Below, piece by piece: positions 1-8,776 of a stretch of 64,000 bases of DNA. The DNA lies in assembly GCA_031414535.1 (NCBI GenBank), contig JANNVQ010000005.1, forward strand, positions 96,001 to 160,000, written 5' to 3'. Below the pieces are notes generated by a model that saw nothing but the letters and a program-made list of their open reading frames with translations, did no database searches and had not been told where the DNA came from. Numbering within the stretch: position 1 is the first letter of the stretch; each line of letters begins with the position of its first letter. This stretch comes from Gemmatimonas sp. (GTDB lineage: Bacteria > Gemmatimonadota > Gemmatimonadetes > Gemmatimonadales > Gemmatimonadaceae). The position numbers and the translations under genes are program-made.

Positions 1-150
1 ACTAAGGGTCTGTGGGTAAACGCCATCGACGGAGTGAAGGGTCCCGAGTGGCGTGCTAACCCCTAGTTAACCAGTGAAGCTTAAATTAGTTCCGTACTGA
101 GATACTTTGGTCACCCAACGCTTTGGACATCCCGGTTCGGCGCCAAGGAC

Positions 151-585
151 CTAGCGTTGCGGGCCGGGAATCGGCGTCCCGTGCGGGTCTTGGGTGGGAT
201 TCCCAATCGCCGCCGCCATCCGCTCAATGAGCAGATCGCTCGCTGCATGCTCTAGGCGTTCGGCCTCGTCGTGCACGTCGTCGGGTGCGTAGCCGAGTCT
301 GGTCACGAGGTAGCTCTCGATGATGCGGTGCCGACGGATGAGTTGGAGCGCGGCCGATTGTCCAGTCTCGGTGAGGCGAGAGCCCTTGTAGCGCTCAGTG
401 CTGACGAGTCCCAGCCGCGCGAGGCGCTGGACCATACCCGTCACCGAGGCCGGGGCAATCTGCAGGCGCGCCGCAATGTCATTGGTGCCGGCGGCAGAAC
501 CGTCGCGCTCCAATTCATAGATGGCTTTGAGGTAGTCCTCAGCCTGGCCGGTGAGCGAAGGCCGCTCGAGTTCTGGATTTGGCAT
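151..585 (-). CDS. mntR: Metal-dependent transcriptional repressor, DtxR/MntR family (no FeoA domain)
   Basis: EDYLKAIY, HTH (IAARLQIAPASVTGMVQRL), RRHRIIESYL, EAERLEH and DPHGTPIP motifs. Confidence 0.9.
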   Translation of the reverse strand: MPNPELERPSLTGQAEDYLKAIYELERDGSAAGTNDIAARLQIAPASVTGMVQRLARLGLVSTERYKGSRLTETGQSAALQLIRRHRIIESYLVTRLGYAPDDVHDEAERLEHAASDLLIERMAAAIGNPTQDPHGTPIPGPQR

Positions 586-641
586 TGACAGAAAGTTAGC
601 GAACCCTAACTTATGGTCAATAAGTTAGGAGATACTAAAAT
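585..641. promoter_or_regulatory. Overlapping divergent sigma70-type promoters with two DtxR/MntR-like operators
   Basis: Operators AAGTTAG-N6-CTAACTT (593-612) and AAGTTAG-N6-CTAAAAT (622-641). Promoters TTGACA(585-590)-N16-TAACTT on + and TTGACC(620-615)-N16-TAACTT on -. Confidence 0.7.
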
Positions 642-2709
642 GAGATTTCTACTCAAAGCGCTCCGCGCCACCGTCTTCATCAAGCTGATTACACTGGTCC
701 TGCCCTTGCCGCTGTCGGCACAGTCCAGGCCACCGACTGCACCACCACCCCAGCCAACAAGCTCGCCGGTGCAACGCCCCGACACCAGCCGCAAGGATTC
801 GGCGCGGGTGGTGCAGGCGGTCCAGGTTACGGCCACGTTCGCGCCGACGCGTGTGCTCGACGCCCCGCAGCCGGTGGCGGTGATTGGCGGCGCCGAGCTG
901 CGACGCGCTCAAGGGGCCGCGGTGGGCGATGCCCTCGAGCAGCTCCCCGGCATTCGCTCGCTCTCCATGACCACGGGCATCGGCAAGCCGGTGATCCGCG
1001 GCCTCACGCATAACCGCATCGTCACGCTCGACAACGGCCAGCGCTCGGAGACCCAAGCGTGGGGCCACGATCATTCGCCGAATGTGGAGACGGCCAACGC
1101 CGAGCAAATCGAGGTCATCAAGGGTCCGGCCAGCGTCCTCTATGGAAGCGATGCGCTGGGCGGCGTGGTGAACGTCATCGCGCCAGCTCTTGGCCAGGCG
1201 CGGGGTGAATCACCCTTCATGCGCGGCCGCGCGACGCTCGCGTACAACACCAATGTGATGGGCCCCGACGGTACGCTGCGGATGGACGCGGCGCGCGGCG
1301 GGTTTGGCGCGCGTCTCGCGGCCACGGGTCGCATGACGGGCGACATGCGTGTCCCGCGTGGCGTGCTGCGCAACACGGAGAACGAGACGGGGCACCTCGA
1401 TGGCGCCGTAGGCTTCACTGGTGAGCGCGGAAAGATTGCGCTGCGATACTCGGAGCGCGCCGAGCGTATTGAGATCTTCGATAATCCGGTGACGTTTCCC
1501 GGCTACACTGGCTACCAACGCCTGACGACGCGTCGGGGCACGCTGGATGCTGATCGCGCTTTCAGCGCGTCAACTCGTCTGCAAGTGCAACTCGGGGCGG
1601 AGCAGAACTTTCGTCGCGAGTTTGGCGCGGAAGACGCAGCGGACATCGCGCTGGGCTTGCTGATCAACACGGCGAGCGGCTTCGTGCATCTGCATCACGG
1701 GGCGGTGGGCCCATTCAGCGGTGGCACGATCGGCGTATTCGCGATGGATAGTCGCTTTGAGAAGCGTGGCACGGCGACGCTGATTCCCAACTCGCAGTCT
1801 CGCAACGCCGCGGTGTATGCGTTGGAGCACCTGGAGCGTGGGCGCTGGCGCGGCACGGTGGGTGCGCGCTTCGACCTGCGAGACTTAGCCGTTGAAGACG
1901 ACGCCGTGCTGGGTTTGAGCGCGCAGTCGCAGACGCACTCGGCCGTCACGGGATCGGCGGGCATGTCGTACCGCTTGAGCGAGTGGGCATCAGTGTTCGC
2001 GTCGGTGGGACGCGGCTTCCGTGCGCCGGCCGCGCCGGACCTCTACGCCAACGGTTTTCACGAGGGCACGCGGGCGTACGAGCGCGGAAATTCCAACCTG
2101 AACGTGGAGACCTCGCTCAACACGGATTTGGGCCTACGTGTGGAGCACGCCGAGCTCACGGGCGAGTTCTCCGTCTTCAACAATGCGATTCGCGACTACA
2201 TCTATCTGCGACCCTTCGGCAGCGGTGGTGCGAGTTTCGACTCGCTCGAAGTCGTGCAAGGCGATGCCGTGTTGCGCGGCGTCGAGGGCCGTCTCGCGTG
2301 GAGGGCGCAGCGCTGGCTCACGCTACAAGCAGCGGGCGACATCGTGCACGGGCGCAACACCAGCGTGGATGTTCCGCTGACCTTCGTGCCCCCGCCGCGT
2401 GTGTTGCTCGGCGCACGCGTGGAGCGGCCGATGCTTGGGGCGCTGCTGGCGCGGCCGTGGTTTAGTGTGGGTGCTGAGCGGAACTGGCAGCAGACGCGCC
2501 TTGATCCGCGCGATGTATCGCCGGCGGGGTACACGCTGTATTCGCTAGGCGCCGGTGGCACCTTGCTCGCTGGTTCGCGCGTTCTGGTGCTTGACCTTGG
2601 GGTGCGGAACCTGCTGGATGCCCGCTATCGGTCGTTCATGAGCCGGTACAAGGAATTCGCGGATGGTCCGGGGCGGGCGGTGGTATTGCGGGTGACGACG
2701 GAGTTTTGA
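640..2709 (+). CDS. TonB-dependent outer-membrane receptor
   Basis: Signal peptide, plug motifs (KPVIRGL; IEVIKGPASVLYGSDALGGVVNVI), beta-barrel, terminal Phe. ATG 640 follows AGGAG; the ORF track starts at 613. Confidence 0.92.
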   Translation: MRFLLKALRATVFIKLITLVLPLPLSAQSRPPTAPPPQPTSSPVQRPDTSRKDSARVVQAVQVTATFAPTRVLDAPQPVAVIGGAELRRAQGAAVGDALEQLPGIRSLSMTTGIGKPVIRGLTHNRIVTLDNGQRSETQAWGHDHSPNVETANAEQIEVIKGPASVLYGSDALGGVVNVIAPALGQARGESPFMRGRATLAYNTNVMGPDGTLRMDAARGGFGARLAATGRMTGDMRVPRGVLRNTENETGHLDGAVGFTGERGKIALRYSERAERIEIFDNPVTFPGYTGYQRLTTRRGTLDADRAFSASTRLQVQLGAEQNFRREFGAEDAADIALGLLINTASGFVHLHHGAVGPFSGGTIGVFAMDSRFEKRGTATLIPNSQSRNAAVYALEHLERGRWRGTVGARFDLRDLAVEDDAVLGLSAQSQTHSAVTGSAGMSYRLSEWASVFASVGRGFRAPAAPDLYANGFHEGTRAYERGNSNLNVETSLNTDLGLRVEHAELTGEFSVFNNAIRDYIYLRPFGSGGASFDSLEVVQGDAVLRGVEGRLAWRAQRWLTLQAAGDIVHGRNTSVDVPLTFVPPPRVLLGARVERPMLGALLARPWFSVGAERNWQQTRLDPRDVSPAGYTLYSLGAGGTLLAGSRVLVLDLGVRNLLDARYRSFMSRYKEFADGPGRAVVLRVTTEF

Positions 2710-2730
2710 TGGCGTCGGCGGTATTGCGGT

Positions 2731-2759
2731 TGTGCATCAAACATGCATATTGATACATA
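2731..2759. promoter_or_regulatory. Probable vapBC autoregulatory operator (inverted repeat)
   Basis: TGCATCAA (2733-2740) and TTGATACA (2750-2757) form a 7/8 inverted repeat just before the antitoxin ATG. Confidence 0.5.
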
Positions 2760-2974
2760 TGCGGACCACTATGATACTCAACGACGAATTGCTCGCCCGC
2801 GCCATCTCGCTCACGGGAGTCAGCGAGAAGACCGCCTTGGTCCACCTGGGCCTCGAGGCCCTGATTGCCCGCGAGAGCGCGCGGCGTCTCGCGGCGCTGG
2901 GCGGAAGCGATCCCCAGGCAAGCGCGGGGCCCCGTCGGCGTCCGACCGCGGCGTCTGCCAGACGCCGCGGCTGA
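2759..2974 (+). CDS. vapB: Type II antitoxin, VapB family
   Basis: MRTTMILNDELLARA...EKTALVHLGLEALIARESARRLAALGGS; lies directly upstream of a PIN toxin. Confidence 0.85.
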   Translation: MRTTMILNDELLARAISLTGVSEKTALVHLGLEALIARESARRLAALGGSDPQASAGPRRRPTAASARRRG

Positions 2975-2975
2975 C

Positions 2976-3329
2976 GTGCTGCTGGTTGATACCTCGGTCT
3001 GGATTGACCACTTCCGGCAGCACGATGCGCGGCTCGGCGCCGCACTCGAGGTCGGAGAAGTTTTGACGCACCCGTTCGTGATCGGTGAGCTGGCGTGTGG
3101 GGGCCTCAAGCATCGTGTGCAGGTCTTGAACCATCTGCGTCGGCTTCCCACCGCGATGACCGCCGAACACGATGAGGTGCTGCATCTTCTCGACGTGCAC
3201 AAGCTGGCGGGTACGGGGCTGGGCTGGATGGATGCGCACATTCTGGCATCGGCCCGGATCAGCGGCGCCATCCTTTGGTCGCACGACGTCGCGCTCCAAC
3301 GCGCGTGGCAACGGATTCAACGGCACTAG
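2976..3329 (+). CDS. vapC: PIN-domain ribonuclease toxin, VapC family
   Basis: LLVDTSVWIDH, HPFVIGEL, GWMDAHILASA and WSHD acidic PIN motifs; GTG start 1 nt after the vapB stop. Confidence 0.88.
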   Translation: MLLVDTSVWIDHFRQHDARLGAALEVGEVLTHPFVIGELACGGLKHRVQVLNHLRRLPTAMTAEHDEVLHLLDVHKLAGTGLGWMDAHILASARISGAILWSHDVALQRAWQRIQRH

Positions 3330-3393
3330 TGCGCTGGCGCGAACCTGCGAGGCTGCGTCCGGATAGATTCCTCAAGTCCCCGTGCCCGCCGCC

Positions 3394-4272
3394 ATGACCG
3401 TCACCAACGACCTGATCCATCTCCTCGAGCTCGAGCCGCTCGAACACAACATTTATCGCGGCTTGAACCGCGATATCGGCACCGGCCGCGTGTTCGGAGG
3501 CCAGGTGTTCGCGCAGGCCTTGGCCGCGGCCCGCAAGACGGTGCCCGAGGGCCGTGAGGCGCACTCGGTGCACGGGTACTTCCTACGAGAGGGAGATACC
3601 AAGGCTCCTATCGTCTACTTCGTGGACCGCCCGCGCGACGGCCGGAGCTTCACGTCACGCCGCGTCACGGCCATCCAACACGGCGAGGCCATCTTCCATC
3701 TCTCGGCTTCCTTCCATGTGATGGAACCGGGATTGGACCATCAGGTGACGATGCCCGAGGTACCAGCGCCGGAGGAGCTCGAGGACGAACTCGATGTGAT
3801 TCGCGCCAACGTGGATCGCTATCCGGAGGCTCTGCGCGCCATCGTGACCCAAGACCGGCCACTGGAGTTTCGACGCGTGCATCCGCAGAAGTTATTTGAG
3901 CCGGCGCCCACCGATGCGGCAAATGCCAAGCGCTTGGTCTGGTTCAAGCTGCGCGAGCGGATTCCTGACGCCTTGATTCTCCATCAGGCCACGCTGGCGT
4001 ATGCGTCCGACTACGGATTCCTGCCCACCTCGCTGCAGCCGCACGGCGTGTCCTGGCGCGACCCGCGCCTCATCATCGCGTCCTTGGACCACACCCTGTG
4101 GTTGCATCGTCCCTTCCGCGCCGATGAGTGGTTGCTCTACGTGAACGACACACCCTCGGCGTTCGGCGCGCGCGGGTTCGTACGCGGGCAGGTCTTTACG
4201 CGCGATGGTATGCTCGTAGCCTCGGCGGCACAGGAAGGGCTCATCCGTATTCGCGAGCCGAAGCCGCAGTGA
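3394..4272 (+). CDS. tesB: Acyl-CoA thioesterase II
   Basis: RVFGGQVFAQAL, HSVHGYFLR, RDGRSF, AYASD, ASLDH and QEGLIR. Confidence 0.93.
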   Translation: MTVTNDLIHLLELEPLEHNIYRGLNRDIGTGRVFGGQVFAQALAAARKTVPEGREAHSVHGYFLREGDTKAPIVYFVDRPRDGRSFTSRRVTAIQHGEAIFHLSASFHVMEPGLDHQVTMPEVPAPEELEDELDVIRANVDRYPEALRAIVTQDRPLEFRRVHPQKLFEPAPTDAANAKRLVWFKLRERIPDALILHQATLAYASDYGFLPTSLQPHGVSWRDPRLIIASLDHTLWLHRPFRADEWLLYVNDTPSAFGARGFVRGQVFTRDGMLVASAAQEGLIRIREPKPQ

Positions 4273-4973
4273 CACCGGAAATCGCGACTGGCATTGCCTT
4301 CTTTGTCGTCTTCTTGTTCTCGACGACGCTGCACGAGGCTGCCCATGCGTGGGCGGCGTTCCGCGGTGGCGACCCCACGGCGTATCACGGTGGGCAGGTG
4401 TCGCTGGATCCCATTCCGCACATCAAGCGTGAACCCTTCGGCATGTTGATACTGCCATTGCTCACATCGGTGTCACTAGGTTGGCCGATGGGTTATGCGA
4501 GTGCGCCGTACGATCCGCGTTGGGCGCTCAAGTATCCGCGACGTGCGGCATTTATGGCGCTGGCGGGGCCGGCCGCCAATATGATTCTGGTGCTGCTCTG
4601 CTTTGTAGGACTCCGCCTTGGCGCTGCGTCCGGCGTCTTCACGCCTCCTGAGTCCATGAACTTTGGCCTGCTCACGGCCACCGAGGCTGGGCCGATATGG
4701 GCAACGCTGGGACAGTTCCTGAGCATTGGCTTCTCGCTCAACCTCCTGCTCTGCGTGTTCAACCTGCTGCCCTTCCCTCCCCTCGATGGCAGCGCGGCCA
4801 TCACGCTGTTCATGAGCAAAAAGCTGACGACGCGCTACCAGCTCTTCATCTGGGGATCGCCGTTTTTGGGATTCATCGGTATCTTCGCGGCGTGGCGTTT
4901 GTTTCCGCCGGTGTTCGGGCCCGTGTTTCGGGTGGCGATCAATATGATTTACCCGGGCATTACCTACGGGTGA
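4269..4973 (+). CDS. Site-2 protease family (M50) membrane metalloprotease
   Basis: HEAAH, ALAGPAAN and FNLLPFPPLDG; GTGA overlap with tesB. Confidence 0.88.
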   Translation: MTPEIATGIAFFVVFLFSTTLHEAAHAWAAFRGGDPTAYHGGQVSLDPIPHIKREPFGMLILPLLTSVSLGWPMGYASAPYDPRWALKYPRRAAFMALAGPAANMILVLLCFVGLRLGAASGVFTPPESMNFGLLTATEAGPIWATLGQFLSIGFSLNLLLCVFNLLPFPPLDGSAAITLFMSKKLTTRYQLFIWGSPFLGFIGIFAAWRLFPPVFGPVFRVAINMIYPGITYG

Positions 4974-5018
4974 GTTGTGCCCCGTGACGCGCAACGGTAC
5001 TCCGAGGTACTTTTTGGC

Positions 5019-5408
5019 ATGACGCGCCGAATCAGGATACTGCTGCTCGGGCTGTTGCTCTCACCGCTGGCGTGCATGGAGCCGTACTCGGCTCGCGAAG
5101 AGATCGAGATGGTCGTGCTCGAATCGCTCACCGGGTGCAGACAATGGTTCGGGCGCGATGTCACTCCCTGCCTCGAGGTCATCGAGCTCCCTGGGAACGC
5201 GCGCAGGCCGCTCTCTGAGAACATCGAGGGATTCCGGTACGAGGAAGGCGTGCGGCAGCGCATCGTCGTGGCGCGCTACACCATCAGCAACCCGCCGGCG
5301 GATGCCAGCTCATACGAGTACCGCCTGCTTCAAGTGATTTCGCGGGAGCGCATCTACACGCCGGTGTTTCGCCCCTTTGGTGTGCTCAGCGAGAAAACCG
5401 CCGATTGA
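5019..5408 (+). CDS. Putative lipoprotein, DUF4377-like
   Basis: Lipobox LAC; IEGFRYEEG...PPADASSYEYRLLQVI pattern. Confidence 0.6.
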   Translation: MTRRIRILLLGLLLSPLACMEPYSAREEIEMVVLESLTGCRQWFGRDVTPCLEVIELPGNARRPLSENIEGFRYEEGVRQRIVVARYTISNPPADASSYEYRLLQVISRERIYTPVFRPFGVLSEKTAD

Positions 5409-6531
5409 ACATCCACACCGCTCGTGAGAGCGTGTTGTCGGCCTTGAGCTGGAAGTACACCGCGCCAGCGCCCTGCACGGCACCGAGGAGAAACACGGCA
5501 TTCGCCGACGAACCATCCGCGCCGGCATCGATGGCCATGAAAGACGCGGCCACCATGGTCAGGACCGATGTCGCAGAGAGCACCGCGCCGACAATCCGCT
5601 GGCTCCGCGCGTCGCGGCCGAGCCGAATGGCGGTGGTATCGCCAGCAAAGACGTTGTCGAGCGTCTTGCCGGGCAAGAAGAATCCCAGCTTGGCACGAGG
5701 CGCGGCGTCGGTACCTTGGAACACGGTCATGCCCGTGACACTGGCAGTCAGTCCCAGTGCACAGCGTTCGTACTCAATGCAGGGCATGTTGGCGGGGCTG
5801 GTCTGCTGCTGCGCCTGAGCGGATTGTGGCATCGAGATCATGGCCAGCAGCGCGAGCGCTGCCGTGCGCGGCGCCCACTTCCGCCAGAGCGCCCAACTCA
5901 CGAGCCAGCCCAATCCAGCGGCGAACACCACGTCACTCACAAAGTGCGCGCGGGCGAGAATGCGCGTGATGCCACAGCCCGCTGCGAGCACATAGCCAAC
6001 CCATCGCGCGCGCGGAAACAGTCGTGCCAGCATAAACGCCCCACCAAATGCGACCGCGGTATGCGAACTCGGAAACGCGAGCCCGGCGCTGCTCAAGGTG
6101 CGCTCGCCCCACTCGCGGAATCCATAGGCTCCGTCATTCAGGGCTGGGCGCTCGCGTCGCACAACAATCTTGAGCAGTTCTGCGAGCCCACCAGCGAGTA
6201 TCGGACTCCAGAACAGCAACCAGCCGCGACGTCTTGCCGTCGCGCGCGACGGCTGTGGCGCAATCATCTGGCCCCTGTAGAACGTCGGATCATCACCTTG
6301 GTGCTGGAGACCCACCGCCACCGCCATCGCCAGCCATGTGCCCGCGAATCCCATCACGCGCAGGAGCCGCCCGAGATCCTTGTCGTACACGTTGGGCGCG
6401 TTGAAGAGCTCATACGTAGAGCGATCAATCATCATCGCGACTGCGGTCGCGGCGACCGTGATAGCCAGCGCACGCCACGCTTGCCGCGCCGGAAGCGGAC
6501 CGACCTCGTACACCGGCGATGATTCCGTCAT
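5386..6531 (-). CDS. PAP2-family membrane phosphatase with an extra C-terminal domain
   Basis: KIVVRRERP, FPSSH and RILARAHFVSDV motifs; ATG 6531 overlaps the Nudix stop. Confidence 0.8.
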   Translation of the reverse strand: MTESSPVYEVGPLPARQAWRALAITVAATAVAMMIDRSTYELFNAPNVYDKDLGRLLRVMGFAGTWLAMAVAVGLQHQGDDPTFYRGQMIAPQPSRATARRRGWLLFWSPILAGGLAELLKIVVRRERPALNDGAYGFREWGERTLSSAGLAFPSSHTAVAFGGAFMLARLFPRARWVGYVLAAGCGITRILARAHFVSDVVFAAGLGWLVSWALWRKWAPRTAALALLAMISMPQSAQAQQQTSPANMPCIEYERCALGLTASVTGMTVFQGTDAAPRAKLGFFLPGKTLDNVFAGDTTAIRLGRDARSQRIVGAVLSATSVLTMVAASFMAIDAGADGSSANAVFLLGAVQGAGAVYFQLKADNTLSRAVWMFNRRFSR

Positions 6532-7130
6532 CTCCAAATCTCCGCGAAGGTCGCGAGAATGCGTTCGGTCATGCCCCACACAGTGAAGTCGTCCAGCTGA
6601 TAGGCGTCCACATTCAACTGCATATCGCGGACGTGCACGCTGGTGCGCACGCGCGCATCGGCGTGAAACAGCTCGCCCACGCGCACCCATCGCATCTGTG
6701 CTACTTCATCGCTCAGTACGAACTCGGGCTCGGAGTGCAGAGCCACCACAAACGGCCGCACGATGATCGGCGGCAACACTGGCGTGCGCGGGCGCAACTC
6801 ATCGAGCTGACCGAGCACCGTTCCGTGCGCCCTGACATCGAGGCCCACTTCCTCGTGCGTCTCGCGCAGCGCCGTGCGCTCGAGGCTGCCGTCGGCGGCG
6901 GACCAGCGGCCGCCGGGCAAGCCAATCTGTCCGCTCCAGGGATCGCCCTCGCGCATGGCGCGGCGAATGAGCAGAATCTCCACATCATCCGGCACGGCGC
7001 TCTCACGCAGCACGAGCGCGACGGCCGCTTCCTTATACGGCTCATCGCGCTCGGCGAGTGTGGCGGGGCGTGCCTCAAGGGCACGCTTCACGCGTGCGAA
7101 GTGTGGCGCGAGTTCCCTCGCGCCCGGCAC
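6528..7130 (-). CDS. Nudix hydrolase, CoA pyrophosphatase type
   Basis: AAVALVL, DPWSGQIGLPGG, Nudix box ALRETHEEVG and VWGMT. Confidence 0.88.
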   Translation of the reverse strand: MPGARELAPHFARVKRALEARPATLAERDEPYKEAAVALVLRESAVPDDVEILLIRRAMREGDPWSGQIGLPGGRWSAADGSLERTALRETHEEVGLDVRAHGTVLGQLDELRPRTPVLPPIIVRPFVVALHSEPEFVLSDEVAQMRWVRVGELFHADARVRTSVHVRDMQLNVDAYQLDDFTVWGMTERILATFAEIWR

Positions 7131-7131
7131 C

Positions 7132-7494
7132 TCAGCCCTCGACTGGACCGTCGGCGCTTACCCACGCGCCCCAGCCACCTGCCATCGAGGCCACGTTGCT
7201 GTAGCCCATCTGCTGGAGGGTGTCGGCGGCGAACGCCGAGCGATTGCCACTGGCGCAGTAAATGACGACGTTGGCCTCGCGCGGAATGATCGCCTCGATT
7301 TTGGTCTCCATCGTGCCGCGCGGAATCACGATTGCACCGGGAATGCGGCCGAGGTTGGTCTCGTTGGGCTCGCGGCAATCGAGGAGCACGGGAGCGCCGG
7401 GCTGGCCGAACGTCTTCTTGACGTCGGCGGCGGTGACTTCGCGGATGCGGCTCTTGGCGTCCGCAATGAGATCAGCTGCTGTCTTGTAGGCCAT
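7132..7494 (-). CDS. Rhodanese-like domain protein
   Basis: LLDCRE, GRIPGA, YCASGNRSA and MAGGWGAW. Confidence 0.88.
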   Translation of the reverse strand: MAYKTAADLIADAKSRIREVTAADVKKTFGQPGAPVLLDCREPNETNLGRIPGAIVIPRGTMETKIEAIIPREANVVIYCASGNRSAFAADTLQQMGYSNVASMAGGWGAWVSADGPVEG

Positions 7495-7528
7495 GACGGA
7501 AATCTACGCGCCGAGGCATCTTTCGGGG

Positions 7529-8776
7529 ATGCCACTCACGCTTCAGGTGTTACTCGCCCTCGTGGCCGGATTGGGCCTTGGGCTTGGACTCGCCGGCTCC
7601 GACTCGCGAGCGGCGGATATTGTGCTGGCCGTGCTGGGGCCGGTGGGGACGCTGTTCATCAATGCCATTCGGATGACGGTCATTCCTTTGGTGACGGCGA
7701 CGCTGATTGTTGGTGTGGGTTCGGCGCCAGACCCGCGCGCTGTGGGGCGGATTGGCGCCCGCTCCCTATTGATCTTTGTCATCGTTTTGGCCGCGGCGTC
7801 GGGTGTGGGTGTGGCCTTGGGCGCGCCGCTGCTCGCCGCCTTCCCTTTGGATCCCGCTGCGATTGAGGCGCTACGAGCCAGCGCATCGAGTGCGACTGAG
7901 GCGGCGGGTGCCAATGCCGCGAAGGTGCCGACGCTTGGGGCTTGGCTCGTGGATCTTGTGCCGGTGAATCCCATCAAGGCCGCAGCCGATGGGGCCATGC
8001 TGCCACTGATTCTGTTCAGTGTTTTCTTCGCGGCTGCGCTGACTCGCGTGAAGCCCGAGCCCCGCACGGCGGTGCTGCGTGTGTTTGAAGGCATCCAGGA
8101 CGCCTCGTTGATTTTGGTGCGCGCCATTCTCTCCTTCGCGCCTATCGGCGTGTTTGCGCTGGCGGTGCCGCTCGCCGAGCGCATGGGATTAGCGGCGGCA
8201 GGTGCTTTGCTCGGCTACATCGGCATCGTGAGTGCCATCTGTGTTGGATTCATGGCTCTGGTGTTGTATCCGGCGGCCGTGTTCATCGGCAAGGTGCCGC
8301 TGCGGAAGTTTGCGGCGGCGTGTTTGCCGGCGCAGGGCATCGCGTTCAGCTCGCGTTCTTCGTTGGCCGCATTGCCAGCTATGCTCGAGAGCGTGCGCGA
8401 TACTCTGAAGCTGCCGCCAACCATTGCGAGCTTCTTCATTCCGCTGGCGGCGTCAATGTTCCGCGCCGGTGCCGGCATTGGGCAGACGGTGGGCGTGTTG
8501 TTCATTGCCAAGCTCTATGGCGTGGACCTCGGCACCGCACAGCTACTAACGATTGCCGTGACGAGCGTGATTACATCGTTCTCGGTGCCGGGTGTGCCGG
8601 GTGGATCAATCCTTGTGATGATTCCCGTGCTGATGTCGGCGGGCATTCCTATTGAGGGCATCGGTATTCTGTTGGGCGTGGATACCATCCCTGACATGTT
8701 CCGCACCACCACAAACGTGACGGGACACATGACGGCGGCGGTGATCGTGGCGCGTGGGGAGCAGCAGCCCGCGTGA
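7529..8776 (+). CDS. Dicarboxylate/amino acid:cation symporter (DAACS)
   Basis: AFSSRSSLAALP, PGVPGG and DMFRTTTNVTG; many TM helices. Confidence 0.9.
   Translation: MPLTLQVLLALVAGLGLGLGLAGSDSRAADIVLAVLGPVGTLFINAIRMTVIPLVTATLIVGVGSAPDPRAVGRIGARSLLIFVIVLAAASGVGVALGAPLLAAFPLDPAAIEALRASASSATEAAGANAAKVPTLGAWLVDLVPVNPIKAAADGAMLPLILFSVFFAAALTRVKPEPRTAVLRVFEGIQDASLILVRAILSFAPIGVFALAVPLAERMGLAAAGALLGYIGIVSAICVGFMALVLYPAAVFIGKVPLRKFAAACLPAQGIAFSSRSSLAALPAMLESVRDTLKLPPTIASFFIPLAASMFRAGAGIGQTVGVLFIAKLYGVDLGTAQLLTIAVTSVITSFSVPGVPGGSILVMIPVLMSAGIPIEGIGILLGVDTIPDMFRTTTNVTGHMTAAVIVARGEQQPA

Noticed and set aside
1..150. Lower-GC left edge as a possible ncRNA, att site or element end
   Set aside because: No tRNA or other recognisable fold. 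Bases 1-66 may be the 3-prime end of an upstream ORF (…PEWRANP*), but there is too little context
2759..3329. vapBC as a marker of a genomic island
   Set aside because: No integrase, tRNA, direct repeats or compositional break; looks like a solitary TA pair
6874..7866. 330-aa + strand ORF
   Set aside because: Shadow of the Nudix and rhodanese genes and out of frame with the symporter; no motifs
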